Assembly: GCF_000143415.4 (NCBI RefSeq)
Contig: NW_003314294.1
Coordinates: 243,402 to 307,401, forward strand
DNA: 64,000 bases
Direction: 5' to 3'
From: Selaginella moellendorffii
Lineage: Eukaryota; Plantae; Lycopodiophyta
This document shows, piece by piece, positions 27,400 through 39,475 of the stretch. A program made the translations under genes and the position numbers. The notes under the pieces were generated by a model. It was given only the letters and a program-made list of their open reading frames with translations, did no database searches and had not been told where the DNA came from. The first letter of the stretch is position 1. Every line of letters begins with the position of its first letter.

Positions 27400-29100
27400 T
27401 CAATGCTTCAACTACACACCTTCTCCATCCAACAATATACTCCAAGTGCTAATAGATTTTACCAATAAGCTATAACAAATAAACGCTATAACATTTTTCA
27501 ATATATAATAGGTAAATTCTCAAGGACCAACTCAAGCTTAGCATAATGGACCACCGCAAGTAGATTAACTTCACTATTAACCACTTTGGGGTTGATCATT
27601 GTTAATCAAGCAACTTTGTAAATACATTATTCATGATCATTAGGATATGATATAAGTATCACAATGATTTAATTATTAATCAAGCAACACCATAAGCAAT
27701 GCTTATATCACTACTATAAAAGTCATAATGCAATATCACCTTTGCTAATGGATCACTTTAATATGAAACTCAAACATCGTCTAACTAGTTTGAACTAATT
27801 ACCAACATTGTCTAAAATTGAGCTTGACGACTCAATGCATCCAAAATAATATTTTCTTTACCAAGTTTATAAATGATTTCAATATAAAATCTATCGAGCT
27901 TTTTTTGCCAACAAGCCTACTTTAGTGTGAGCTTTGGCTATGTTGCAAAGCAGCCTAGTGTGTTACTATCTATATAAACCTTGGTATATCTACTCAAATA
28001 CTATCTCTAATGTTCCAATGCCAACGCTATAACAAATATTTCTTTCTCATGTGTTAGCCATCTTTATTGGGTTTCATCCAATTTCTTGGAGTAAAATGCA
28101 ATGGGACAATTATATCACCTTAGTGTAGCTCTAATCATATTATCACAATCTTGGTGCAACATAGCACCTATAGCATAATTAGATACATCACAATGCACTT
28201 TAAAGGATTTATCAAGATGATCCTAAGAACAAGAACTATAATCAAGATCTCTTTCAACTATACAAAAGTATATTGACAAGTTAGTATCCAATAACACGGT
28301 AAACTACCCCTCATTAACTCAATTAATGGAAGAGCAATACTTGCAAAATTGTGAACAAAATTGTAAATAAAATTGCTTTAGCATATAGTTTGTTTTCTTG
28401 CAATTTTTTGAAACACCAGCTCCAAGTGTTTCAAATGATCCTCCAACATTTCACTAAGGACTAGAATATCATTAATATATAGAATAATAAATATGTCTAA
28501 ATAATATCTAAATATTCTATCCATCATTGTATTGAAAGTTTCCAGAGCATTACATAACCCAAACAGCATAACTAAGAACTCATAAGAACTATAACAAGTC
28601 TTAAAGGTTATCTTCTCCACATCCTGATTTACCACCTATATTTGATGATACTTAGATTGCAAATCAAGTCGTATGAAATATTTAGCCTTTCAAAGTTGAT
28701 CAAAAAAGTCATCAATGCAAGACAAAAGATAATTGTTTCTATCCATGATCTTGTTAAGAGCTCGATAATCAATATACATCCTCATGGTATTATCTTTTTT
28801 CATAATAAAAAGGACCAACACTCCATAAGGTGACTTGCTTAGTGAGATATGACTGTTACTTCTTGAGTTTAACCATTTCTTTGATGTTCAAATGGTATAA
28901 AACCTTTATAGGTGGTTTAGAACCTAGAACAATTTCAATTCAATGATCAACCTTACAGCTAGGGTGGTTATCCTTTAGAAAGATAATTCCTTACTAACAA
29001 CTTCAATATTTCCATTGGCACAAGATCAACCCTATCACTGATTCTAATTGGGTCACTATCACCCCTAGCTTCCATCACTTATACCTAGAAGGTTCAACAC
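27400..29100 (-). mobile_element. Degenerate Ty3/gypsy pol (RT, RNase H, probable integrase remnant)
   Basis: 28378-28635 reads KITFKTCYSSYEFLVMLFGLCNALETF...YINDILV (decayed YxDD). An RNase H-like stretch lies at ~28000-28200. Many stops. Confidence 0.85.
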
Positions 29101-30109
29101 CCCTTCTTAGCTGCTTTTTAATTAGCTCTCACAATAAAAAAATTAGCATCCTAATCCCTTGAGGAGCATTTTTGCAACTGGAAGGACACATCTGACTTTA
29201 ATATGATGTAACTTTGTCCAACACTATAAATACCTTTAATATATTTGTTGAAAACATCCATATTAAACATCATTTGAAGGTTTGGTATCTTTAACATTAC
29301 CAAATCTAATATTTCTTTCCACTCAAGAGGCATATCTATAGAGTGTAGAGAGTGTCTTGAACCTATAGTGCTGTTCTTATGTCCCAATTTGTGATCTAGC
29401 AAAAGAGAATTAAAAGCTAGGTCAAGAATGCTAAACCTAAATAAATTACACATATATTTATGTTAATAATAAAGATATAATTTTAATTATATTAAGTGTT
29501 TTAGATGATATCATTTAGTTTCATGGTTATAGTTACTGACTTATAATTTTCTAAACTATATATGATAAAGAAATTAATGTAAATTTATTAGATTTATTAT
29601 TTTATCACAAAATTTGTAGTTTTAGAATTATTTTTTCTTAAATTTTTTTTATGCATTATATATGAGTAAACTGTTTGCATCTTTTAAAAATTAATAATGT
29701 GCATGAAATTATATGATTATCATTCAATAAAATGATGGTATATTACATTTATATACAGTATATTTTAATAGTTTATTATTAGTTACATGTTTGAAATCCT
29801 TTTCATATGATGTTTAATGTAGAATTTTTTATAATTTGATAATACCAATATATTAATAAACCATAAGATTATTATTATGGAAGAAACTAAAATGTGGAAA
29901 GTCGTCAAATGTGTTTTCTAAATATTAAAAAAAATTAATAATTTATTTTCCATTGGATTTAAAACATAACATTGTGGAAAGATGGAAAGAATATTCATTG
30001 CAAAAGGAAGTGACATACTTCTTGGTATAAGTTCAGTGGGCTCTGCATATTGTATGTGGCCTTTCAGACAAATTTGATAAACAAGAAAATGCTAACTTCT
30101 AAAAGTCTT

Positions 30110-31534
30110 TCATGGTGACTTCAGCACAGGTACTTTGAAATCCCGCACCTGACTAACATTCACTCGTATCGAAGGTCCCATGGTGGAACAGATGTAAATG
30201 GATTTCCAGTAGACACCTTTAGCTCCTTTGGGCTTGTTTGTCTCCACAGAGTTCTGGAGAAACACAAGGAAACATAAAGTTCCAGAGCCAGGATCTTTAT
30301 ACTTACAATCACAGCTAGAAGATTCAAGAGGAGATCCTCGTCCTCAAAGTTCGTCTTCCCGAATGGAATGTGAACGATTCCTGTTTTGTCAACTTTGTAC
30401 TCTACTTTCCCGCCTTTAAACTCTCCAATTGCCTGAGAACGAACGCATTTCAGGAAGAGAAAGAAACGAACGCGAGGAAGTGCGTACAGTTGGAAGGTCC
30501 GTCGTCACAGTCCCTGCCTTGGGATTTGGCATCAGTCCTCGAGGCCCCAGCAGTCTACCAAGCTTTGCAACCTGGAGAACGCAAACATTTCATGCTGAGA
30601 CACATGATCCATCAAAATATCACCTTTGGCATCATATCTGGAGTAGCCAGCAGCTTGTCGAACTCCATGAAGCCACCAGCGATTTGCTCGATCAATTCCT
30701 CTCCTCCTACAACGTCAGCTCCAGCGGTCTTGGCTTCCCCTTGCTTCTCTCCTTCCAGTGCCAGAGAAAACCACACGTCAAGTGCGCAAGTTCGTTTAAA
30801 ACAAAACCATTACCTTGCGTAAGAACAGCTATTCGGACCTCTTTCCCAGTTCCCTTTGGCAGAGTCACCTGGAAACGAAGCACTTGAAAGAAACCTCTTG
30901 GAAGATCCAAAAAGGATGGAATTTAGATAGAGAACTTCCACTCACAGTAGCACGGAGCTGCTGGTCATTGTACTTGGGATCGATGTTAAGTCGGCAGTGA
31001 ACTTCAGCGGTTTCAACGAATTTGGTCGACGCGGTCTCCTTCATCAATCGCAGAGCGGTCTGTGGATCATACTCCTGCCTCTTGACACGCAGTTTCTGCA
31101 GCTCTAGAAATCTCTTCGATCTTCTCTGCAAAGAAAGGACGCAAAGAAAACCACTGTGTCAATCCTCCACCGCAAGAAAAATCCATTCCACAAACCAAAG
31201 TAAAGAATCAGCTCACTCTATCGCTCTTGTTGGGCAGCGCAGCCTTCCCCTTCTTGGGCTTGACCGCGGGCGTGGATGCCACTGCCTCCTCCGTCTCCTC
31301 CTCCTCATCCTCCACTGAGACCTCCGCCACGGCCACCACCGCCATCACTCTCGCCCTTCCTCTCAATCGCCATGGCTGGAGAGAAGAGAATGCCGCTGCC
31401 AAGGACGCCGACGAAGACCTCAACCTGGACAATCTGCAAGCCTGGAGCCTGGAAATCCCTCGTGATGGCAATGCCGAGCATTGCGATGACGCTGCGAGAT
31501 CTAGAAATCCTAGCGTCGCTGCCGTCGCGCACAT
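30110..31534 (-). CDS. RPL1: Plastid 50S ribosomal protein L1 (uL1c), multi-exon, with transit peptide
   Basis: Ser/Ala/Arg-rich N-terminus; [44 protein letters not shown] and C-terminal [14 protein letters not shown] introns. Stop at 30110-30112. Confidence 0.95.
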
Positions 31535-31613
31535 CCCGTTTCCCCCACTCCCAGAGATCTCTTGTGGTGGATAACGCGAAAAGAGGAATATACCTCCCTT
31601 TAGATGTAAATGA

Positions 31614-31669
31614 TAAACCCTAACTAAGCCCTAGAAATTTACAACCTTTAAGCCCTTGCCTTTAGGGTT
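31614..31669. promoter_or_regulatory. Telo-box motifs in the divergent promoter upstream of RPL1
   Basis: AAACCCTAA at ~31615 and TTAGGGTT at ~31662. Telo-boxes are typical of translation-gene promoters. Confidence 0.45.
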
Positions 31670-32020
31670 CTTCGTGGATTAATCCTATCTTCTTGTTTGC
31701 TTCTTCCTAGCGCTGGCTTGGGCGGGCGATTCTCCTCCTCCTCCCCCTCCTCCTCCAGCTCCAGTGGCGCTACTCTCGAGCGAAGCTTTCGATTCCGCGA
31801 AAGATTTTAACGGAGGACTCCTGGAAAACCAAAGAACAAGGAAGAAATCCACCACGAAAACTAGAAATCCCAGCTCACTTGGTAGCTCTTATCACAAATC
31901 CCTCGATCGGCATCGTGCTCTCGTACACCGGATCTGCGCAAGGAAGCATCAATCGAATTCACTCGCCTCTTCTCTCGCGTTACCGTTCGCCCCGAGAACC
32001 TGGGAGGAGAAGTACTTGTG

Positions 32021-33387
32021 ATGGATCCAGCGCACATAATCCCTCTCGTATTCCCGGTACTTGGCCGCATTGGAGGCCTCGGACGAGGCATCTCTGCGAG
32101 ATTTCAAAGCGGGAGATCAGCGCGTAGCTGGGATCGAGGATACTCACAGCGCGATCTTGGCCTGCTTGGACGACGTCGTGGCCGTGGGCGAGGCCTCCAT
32201 CGCCCAGATTTTAGGGTTTCCATGGCCCGGGAAGCATATTCGTTGTCACGCCCGTACAACAAAGCATATTCTCTGATAATTGTGCAAAAGCATATTCCTT
32301 GTCATATCCGTACAAAATGCATATTTCCCTGATACACTTCCTTGTACGGCAGGGTATGGGTGGATGATGAAGTGGAAATGACCGCTTTCTTTCCACATCG
32401 AGAACAACAAGAAAATCCTAACGAGGATGAGGACGATAGCGATGGCGATGCCCGCGCTCGTCCTCCTCCTCTCTCCGCCTGGATCCTGCGATTCAAGCCA
32501 GTGATCGAAGGTGAGTCTGATCAGGGAACCACGAGGAGCGGGCGAATGCGTCGATCGCGCTCCTGCTCCTCGGTTCTACTGCCCGAATTCTCGATCAAGC
32601 GGCCCCAGCACGAAGAATGCCACGAGCCGCTGGAGGATTGGCTGCTCCACCGGCATTCCATTTCTTCCCCTTCTTTCTCGCAGGATCCCGCCAAGAAATC
32701 CCGTTCCAATTCCAGCAGCCTCTCTCGCAGCCTCGACAGGAGCTCCTTCCTCCTCGCTCCCAATTCGTCGGCGCGCGAGGCTCCACGGCGTATCATTCGA
32801 GGGTTCGTCGCCGCCACGGACAGCCAAGAACCGCAAGATTCCCTTTGCGGCTTTCTCAAAGCCAATGCTCCACTGCCATACAGCAGCTATCAAGGATCCA
32901 ATCCTCGCGACAAACAAGGATTGGATCCAGCAAAAGGATTAGCATCCCTGCTCACCGAATCATCCACAAGTAAGCTCGATTCCAAAAAATCGGATTTTTA
33001 GCTTCGATTCCTTGCACAGATCGTCACCAAGAACAATCCCAGCATGAGCTTCATCAGGTAGGCAAAACTTCGAGGAGAAAAATCTCATTTTGCCTGGTTT
33101 GCTTGCAGCAATCTGGATCAAACCAGGAGAACTTTGTCCATCCGGAGTCTGTTCTAACCCGACCGCTCTACACCAAACGGCAATCCATCCGCAAGGAAGG
33201 GTCGTGGATCAACCGATGGTCGGACGAAAACTTGGCCTCGGTCTCTGGCCTCGGCTACGTTCCCAGCGCCGCTGCCATGGCGATCATCAGTAAATCTTAC
33301 ACGAGCTCACTCACAACACCGTCATGGTCTAACTCGATCGAGGCCTGGCAGTCGGACGCCGACTCCAAGGATGCTCGTCGCTGGTAG
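32021..33387 (+). CDS. Hypothetical Ser-rich spliced protein; start and exon structure uncertain
   Basis: GC-rich open frames at 32061-32276, 32342-33001 and 33103-33387, with plausible splice sites (ag at ~32352, ~33019, ~33108). No family recognised. Confidence 0.45.
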
Positions 33388-33697
33388 CAACTAGGAAACT
33401 GTAGTAGGTAACTTTTTTCTTTCTTTCAAAGTTCTCAAAGTTCATCTGCATCTGCGAATAACATATTAAAAACCAAGGCAGCGATTTCGAAAATGAAAAA
33501 GCCTGCGAGTAGCGTAGCTATGTAGTAACAACTTACTGAATGGTGGTTCTTTAGACAAAATATAATATGCCAGTATGGACAAGGTACAATGGACTGCACA
33601 ACAAAAAACAAAGAAATTTTCATGGTCGCTCGTCAGTACTTTTTTTGCTAATATAGACAAAGCACCAGACACACCTGATTTCTCCCAGATTTGATTC

Positions 33698-35662
33698 TCA
33701 CTGCGCCTCGACTGCATCATTTTCGGAAGCTACAGGAGGAGCTGCCGGATTCTTAGCGACGTCGGACAACTCCAGCGACGCGGTCTGCGTTCCTTTCAGA
33801 TCACCGGCATTCGTACTCTCAGGCTCCACACCTATAAAAGTGAATACACAAAAGGAATGAAAACATAGCTGAGAGACAACCAAGGCCGGAGAAAAGAGAA
33901 GTAACAGTCGCGTACCTTTGTTCGTTGACGCATCTCCAGCATCCTCGGACCCGGGCTGCACCACTACTTCGTTGACTACCTCTTCCTGATCCCTTGGAGC
34001 GGCCTCCACCACTTCTTCAGCCTTGGCTCCATCGCTTGGATTGTTTTCCTGCGCTGCAACCTCTGGAAGGCCCTCATTTGCGTAATCCTCAATGCCTATC
34101 TGCTGCTGCTTGTCATCGACTACAGGAGCTTCCTCTGGCTTCACGTCTTCATTCCACTTGCCAATCTCGAACTTCGCGTCGGATGGAACTCCGTAAAACG
34201 ATATGTCAGTGTCCGTCTTGTTAGCTTCCTGATCGGCAGATGCCTGTGCCTTTGTCAATGCGTTCCCTTCGTCCGCGGCCTTCTTCACTGCGGCAGCCAT
34301 ATCGACCTGCTGTTGGACACCGCCTTGGCCTAAGTTGACAACCTCGTGAGGACCACCGTCGTCGGTATCCATGGCCGTGACCCCGCCGTGCTCCTCGGAT
34401 TGAGAAGGAAAGCCGGAGAGGATGTCCGCGAACGGAAACGCGGCGTTGGGATCCGATAAGTACGTCGATGGGAAGCCGTGGGTGTCGACAGTCTGGTAGA
34501 GAGCGTGGTTGGCTTGGTCTTCTTCCTTGATCCGGGGCTGCTGCTTTTGAAGCATCGACTCACCAGGCTCCTCCTTCGGCTCCACTCCAGATGGAGAAGC
34601 TCCTGGCGACATTCCTTCCTGCTTTCGCCGGACTCCACGAGCAGACCTTGGCGAAGTGATATGCATCTCGTCGCCCTGGCTCTCTTCCTTCCCTTTCTCC
34701 GAGGGATCCAGCTTCGCTCCAATCAAGCCGCCGACTCTAGGCTCCAGACGAACACCATTCCGCCGTAGCTCAGACCTGGCATGTATCTCTGCTCTAGCAG
34801 CCTGTGCCGCGATGTCAAGCGCAGCCTTGGCGGCAAGAGCAGCCTTGGCCGCAGCTTGGGCTTTCGCAAGAGCCGTCGCCTTTGCGTTAGCGGCAGCTCT
34901 AGCAGCAGCCTGGGCAGCGTTCTTCGCCGCTTGCAACGCTTCCTGGGCTTGATTAACACTTGGCTTTGGAGGAAGTACCTGCTTGCTATCCTCTTCCATG
35001 GGAGCCTCAGTAGTCGGAGTAGTAGCAGCAGTAGTAGCGCTAGGATTGGCAGCAGCACTAGGATCATCACCCTCGCTCTTGACAGTCCGGGCCTTTTTGT
35101 GCGATGGGCTTGCCGGGCTGGTACTCTCCTCGTTCTTGTTCCTACACTCGGGACAAGTATACGCATTTGGGTCGAGAGCCGCGCCGGGAGAGTTCTTCGT
35201 CTCGCATTCTACGTGAACCGATCGCTTGCACTGTCCACAGTTGAGCCAGATCTTAGGATCACCCAGAGTCCCCGCGTCCTGGTAAGTGACGAGGCAGTAG
35301 GGGCAGAACATATTCATGCTGTAGAGCATGGTGCAAGTGTTGCACAGCCGCTGGTAAACCCCACTCTTCTTCACGCGCCGCCAAGCGCTGTTCTCTTTGC
35401 TCCCACACCACGAGCAGCTCTCGTCGGATTTTCCCCCCGGCGCACCCGATCCCAGGCCAGGCGCTGCTCCTGCCACTGCCGCCGGGCCTGGAAGAGCTCC
35501 CACAGCTCCAGCGCCGCCCTGGTCGACCGCCACGGCCGCGATTCCCCCTTCCGCCATACCTTTGCTCGGATCACTGGCGCCGCGGTTGAGCAGACGCTTG
35601 CGAGGAGGCAAACAACCTTCTGGCGCTCCAGCCGTTGCCACTCCCGCGTCGGCGTCCTCCAT
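33698..35662 (-). CDS. Nuclear protein with GATA-like C4 plus PHD-type zinc finger and Ala-rich coiled coil; probable 84-bp intron 33832-33915
   Basis: CLPPRKRL NLS-like motif; CSWC..CNTC; CPYC..CGQC..HVEC..CPEC (C4HC3). Confidence 0.85.
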   Translation of the reverse strand: MEDADAGVATAGAPEGCLPPRKRLLNRGASDPSKGMAEGGIAAVAVDQGGAGAVGALPGPAAVAGAAPGLGSGAPGGKSDESCSWCGSKENSAWRRVKKSGVYQRLCNTCTMLYSMNMFCPYCLVTYQDAGTLGDPKIWLNCGQCKRSVHVECETKNSPGAALDPNAYTCPECRNKNEESTSPASPSHKKARTVKSEGDDPSAAANPSATTAATTPTTEAPMEEDSKQVLPPKPSVNQAQEALQAAKNAAQAAARAAANAKATALAKAQAAAKAALAAKAALDIAAQAARAEIHARSELRRNGVRLEPRVGGLIGAKLDPSEKGKEESQGDEMHITSPRSARGVRRKQEGMSPGASPSGVEPKEEPGESMLQKQQPRIKEEDQANHALYQTVDTHGFPSTYLSDPNAAFPFADILSGFPSQSEEHGGVTAMDTDDGGPHEVVNLGQGGVQQQVDMAAAVKKAADEGNALTKAQASADQEANKTDTDISFYGVPSDAKFEIGKWNEDVKPEEAPVVDDKQQQIGIEDYANEGLPEVAAQENNPSDGAKAEEVVEAAPRDQEEVVNEVVVQPGSEDAGDASTNKGTRLLLLFSPALVVSQLCFHSFCVFTFIGVEPESTNAGDLKGTQTASLELSDVAKNPAAPPVASENDAVEAQ

Positions 35663-37034
35663 CACTCACCCTAAAGCCACCATCAGTGAGCTAGGGTTAG
35701 GGCTTGGCTCCAAAACCCCAGAAAAGCTCTGGCTCGTCCACGTCAGACCCATTTTCTTGGAGAAGTAACGGTCCCCGGTTCGAGTCCTTTGGAGGGAGGC
35801 TCTCTATCCAACAAAGCAATGATGGCATCCCGTGGGACACATGAAGAAATGAGGACGTGGTGGCGCGCGCTTTAAAAGTCCCATTTCAAACACCAACGAG
35901 CCAAAATCCCCAGGCCCTAAAGTCCACCACCTTTGACAAACTCCCATGCAAAAAAGCCGCGATCTCTCAAATCCAAAGAATGTGACGACATTGAAGAGAA
36001 TAAAAATCTCCGATGATTCCAGTTTCCAATCACCCCAAAATTCTGATAAAAGACCCAAGTCTTTGCTCAGTGCAGCAAATGCCCTTTGCGGGCATTTGTT
36101 TCAAGCCGTTTTTCTCTCGACTGTAGGAAAAAGTCGCCAGGACAAGTAGATTAAACAAAGCAAACACATCCATCCCGTGCGCTCTTACGTCCGTACTTAG
36201 ACTTTCAAGCAATCACTCACTCCAGTCGACCAGTAAGTACGGATTAGATTATGGACAGGATAGCTCCCTCACTCATCACTCAACCATTCAAATCCCATTT
36301 CGTGTGTGCGAGCCAGAGCTTTCATCCACTGCTGCGGCAAACAACGAACGACCATCCCTGTCGATGTCTCTCCGTTTTGCTTTGATCTTATCTCCATCCC
36401 CCGTGCCGTGGATCACTCATAGCTAAGTTTTCATGTCGAGTTGTTCATCGTGTTTGGAGTTTTAATCCGGAAACCGGTCAATAGGGGCCGATCCGATCGG
36501 ATCGGATCACTTGGGTTGGTTGGCATCGCCGGGAGAAACCGACCCACGAACCGAATTCCCACTTTTTAAAGCGCCCACACAGAGATCTTTGAGACGCACT
36601 CTGTCTTGTCTGCCAAAGAAGCCCTCTTTGGATGCATGACCGATGAACCGATTCCCAGGGGGGGGCTTGTCCCTTTTTCCGCTTCTCTTTTCTCGCATTC
36701 CATTGTCAAAAAGGGGCTCTTTTGTTGCGAGACAATGCAGCGTCTGGGCGGCATTGCAGTGCATGGTACCATGTAAAAGCATTTGCCGGCTCCAGGGTTT
36801 TTAAAGGAGGGCCAAGAAAACTAGCAAAGAAAGAGCGCGCTCCCAAAAGAGAGAGAAAAAGAGAAAAAAAAAAAAAGAGAAGAAAGCAAATTAAAATAAA
36901 GGAAAGAGAGAGCAGCTCTCTCGCCAAATGCCTTGATAGGCATTTAGCTTGCGAGCGAGCTCTCGGCTATGGATCTGGGCTCTCTAGTCTTCTTCTCCCA
37001 CCCCTTGTTCTAAATCTACCATACGTTGCTGGCA

Positions 37035-39141
37035 ATGTCTTACTACTCCTCCTCCTCGAGCTTTGGAGCCGCGGATTCGATGCCCAAGAGCGCCCAGCAG
37101 CAGCTGGAATCACTCCCCGATCCCAGCGATCGCGACCAGGACGACGATTTCGTGGCCGGGCTGGTGGAGCAAATGGCGCACTCGATGCTGGACGAGGAAG
37201 AGTGCGGCGGGGACGAAGGGTACCCCGCCACTACTGCCGCCGCAACACCGCTGTGGCCGCCGCTCCACGAAACTCAGGTGTGCTAAGAGCTTGAACCGCG
37301 AGCGAGCGAGCGAGAGAGAGAGAAAAGGAAGGAATGTAGCTTAGATTTGGTGTTGGGTTCTTCTTGTTTGTCTCTTCCTTGCTTGTTTCTTGCTGTTCTT
37401 CTCCGTAGCGAGAGATTCTCATCGATTCTTTGGTGGTTTTTTTTTTTTTCTTTGTAGCGGAGAAGCGGGTGGAGCTCCACGAAATCCAGCCCCAGCCCCG
37501 CGGTATCGCCGCCGACGCCGCTCCACCACTTCGGTCACGAATCCGAGCTGCCGCCGCCGCGCGGCAGCGATGCGTGGGAGCTGCTCCATCTGGCGGCGCA
37601 GGAAGTGATGCGTCTCAAGATGGGCGGCGGCGGCGGCGGCGGAGAGGTTCCTTGTTCTTCTTCGTGTTCTTTCTCTTCTTGTTCTTCTTCTTCCTCTGCC
37701 GGCTCTTGCTCCTCGCCCCCATCTTCGTCGAGTTCCTTGTTTTCTCGCGACGAGATCCGAGCTTACAACCGAGCCGCGTCAATGTACCACTCGATCGGCA
37801 CCGCCAAGAACAGTGGCATCGTCGAGTGCTGTGGAAGCAAGCCTGTTGGTTGTGCGTTTGGGCAGCAGCAACTTGACTGGAAGCAGCAGCAGCAGCAGCG
37901 AAGTACTCAGCGCCATTACCAGGTATGATCGAGCTCTTTCTTCGCAAAGTTCGTTTTTTTTTTTTTCTGTTTTTTTTTCCGTGTTCTTGGGCGTGCTCTG
38001 CCAGTTTCTCTGGTGTGTTGAGAATCGTACAGACATTTTGATTTGTTTGATGGATCGTTATCTTTGTTGGTCGCCCAGAGCGCGTGACCCTGTGGATTTG
38101 TGGATTCATGCGTGTTTGCTTGTACATCGATCTCCTCGCTTTCACTTTTCTTTGTCAAGTTTAGTGGTGTTTTTGTTAAGTTCGTTCTTGGTTTCTCAGT
38201 GCGCGTTCCTTAGATTTAGATTTGATCTCTGTGCTTTCGAGGGCGATGATTAAATGGGATTTGATGCGTTGGTGCTACTTTTGTCAGTGTTGCTTTAGAT
38301 TTTCTTGGTGTTTGAAAGTTTAGATTTTTAATGCTTGTTCTTTCTCGTGGTTCTTCGTTCGTTTGGAACTCAAGTTTTTGCAATGATTCCTTGCGCAGAA
38401 TGCTTTGAATCCAGCAGCTGGGATCGTTCCAGTCGCCTGGAACAGGCGAGCTCGATCACCTCGATCTCTCCAGCAGCAGCAGCAGCAAGCTCGACATATC
38501 GCGAGCAGCCGGAACTTGCATCAAACTTCTTCCACTCGATCATCAAACATCCACCACTCGGCTGGATCATCGCTCTTCTCGTCACAATGGCCAGCGGCAT
38601 CCAGCGTAAAGTCTCACACCACCGCCACCACCGCTAATGGCGGCACTGGAATGCGAGCCGTGTTCTTGAGAGGCCCCGGATTCGGAAGCAGCACCTCCAA
38701 CGGGACGGGAGTGTTTCTCCCGCAAGCCACCGCTCCCACTGCCAGCAGCAATCGCGATCCACAAAAACGAAAGCCACGTAAGTGAAGTGATCATCTCTTG
38801 ATGGTCAAGAAGTTCTCACCGTTTTAAATTGCTCTTCGTTTGATCCATCCATCCAGCTTGCTCCACGGTGCTACTCCCTTCCCGGATAGTCGAAGTTCTC
38901 AACCTCAACGTCGATGATCTGGAGTGCCAACCGCATCCATCGCTTGGTACTACTGGTAAGTTCTCGTAGAGTTCTTCCCAAGTTCTTGGATTGACATAGA
39001 TTTTGGTGCTGGAACGTCGCAGATCACTCGAGCAGCGATGATTATCTGAGCGTCCATCTCTCCAAATCCTACTCGGCGTGCTCTCCAACGCGGTGGCACT
39101 CCACTGCGGAGCACGCTCTCCCAACGGAGTGGACTTACTGA
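37035..39141 (+). CDS. Plant-specific uncharacterised protein (family often annotated 'TIP41-like'), multi-exon
   Basis: Motifs DDFVAGLVEQMAHSML, GMRAVFL..GTGVFLP, CSTVLLPSRIVEVLNLN and terminal LPTEWTY-stop. Confidence 0.8.
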
Positions 39142-39475
39142 GCTAGCGAGCTCGAGCTAGCGCATCACAGCCGTCCATCCAGAGGCCATCCTCACCGGAG
39201 CCGTCCGATCCCTCGTCATGTGGATAGAAATAAGTACCAGGGTCTCTTCTCACTTTCATACAAACTCTATGATAGCTTGTAAGATTTTTTGAATAAAACA
39301 TAGTCCTTTGAGTATATTCTCTAGATGGATATTTTCTTAGGGTTCTTGGGATAAAAGAGCCCTAAAATCAATGGAATATCCATTAGGGCTAGATCGAGTT
39401 CGCTGTCCGATCGCATCCTAGCGAGGCATCGCATCGCGTCCTCTCTCCGGCCAGGTCTTGGAATCTAGGGCTGCT

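Noticed and set aside
34781-35674. 297-aa plus-strand ORF and other overlapping ORFs
   Set aside because: Antisense shadows of the GC-rich PHD gene.
36488-36508. Short palindromic GATCCGATCGGATCGGATC
   Set aside because: Too short and low-complexity to support a function.
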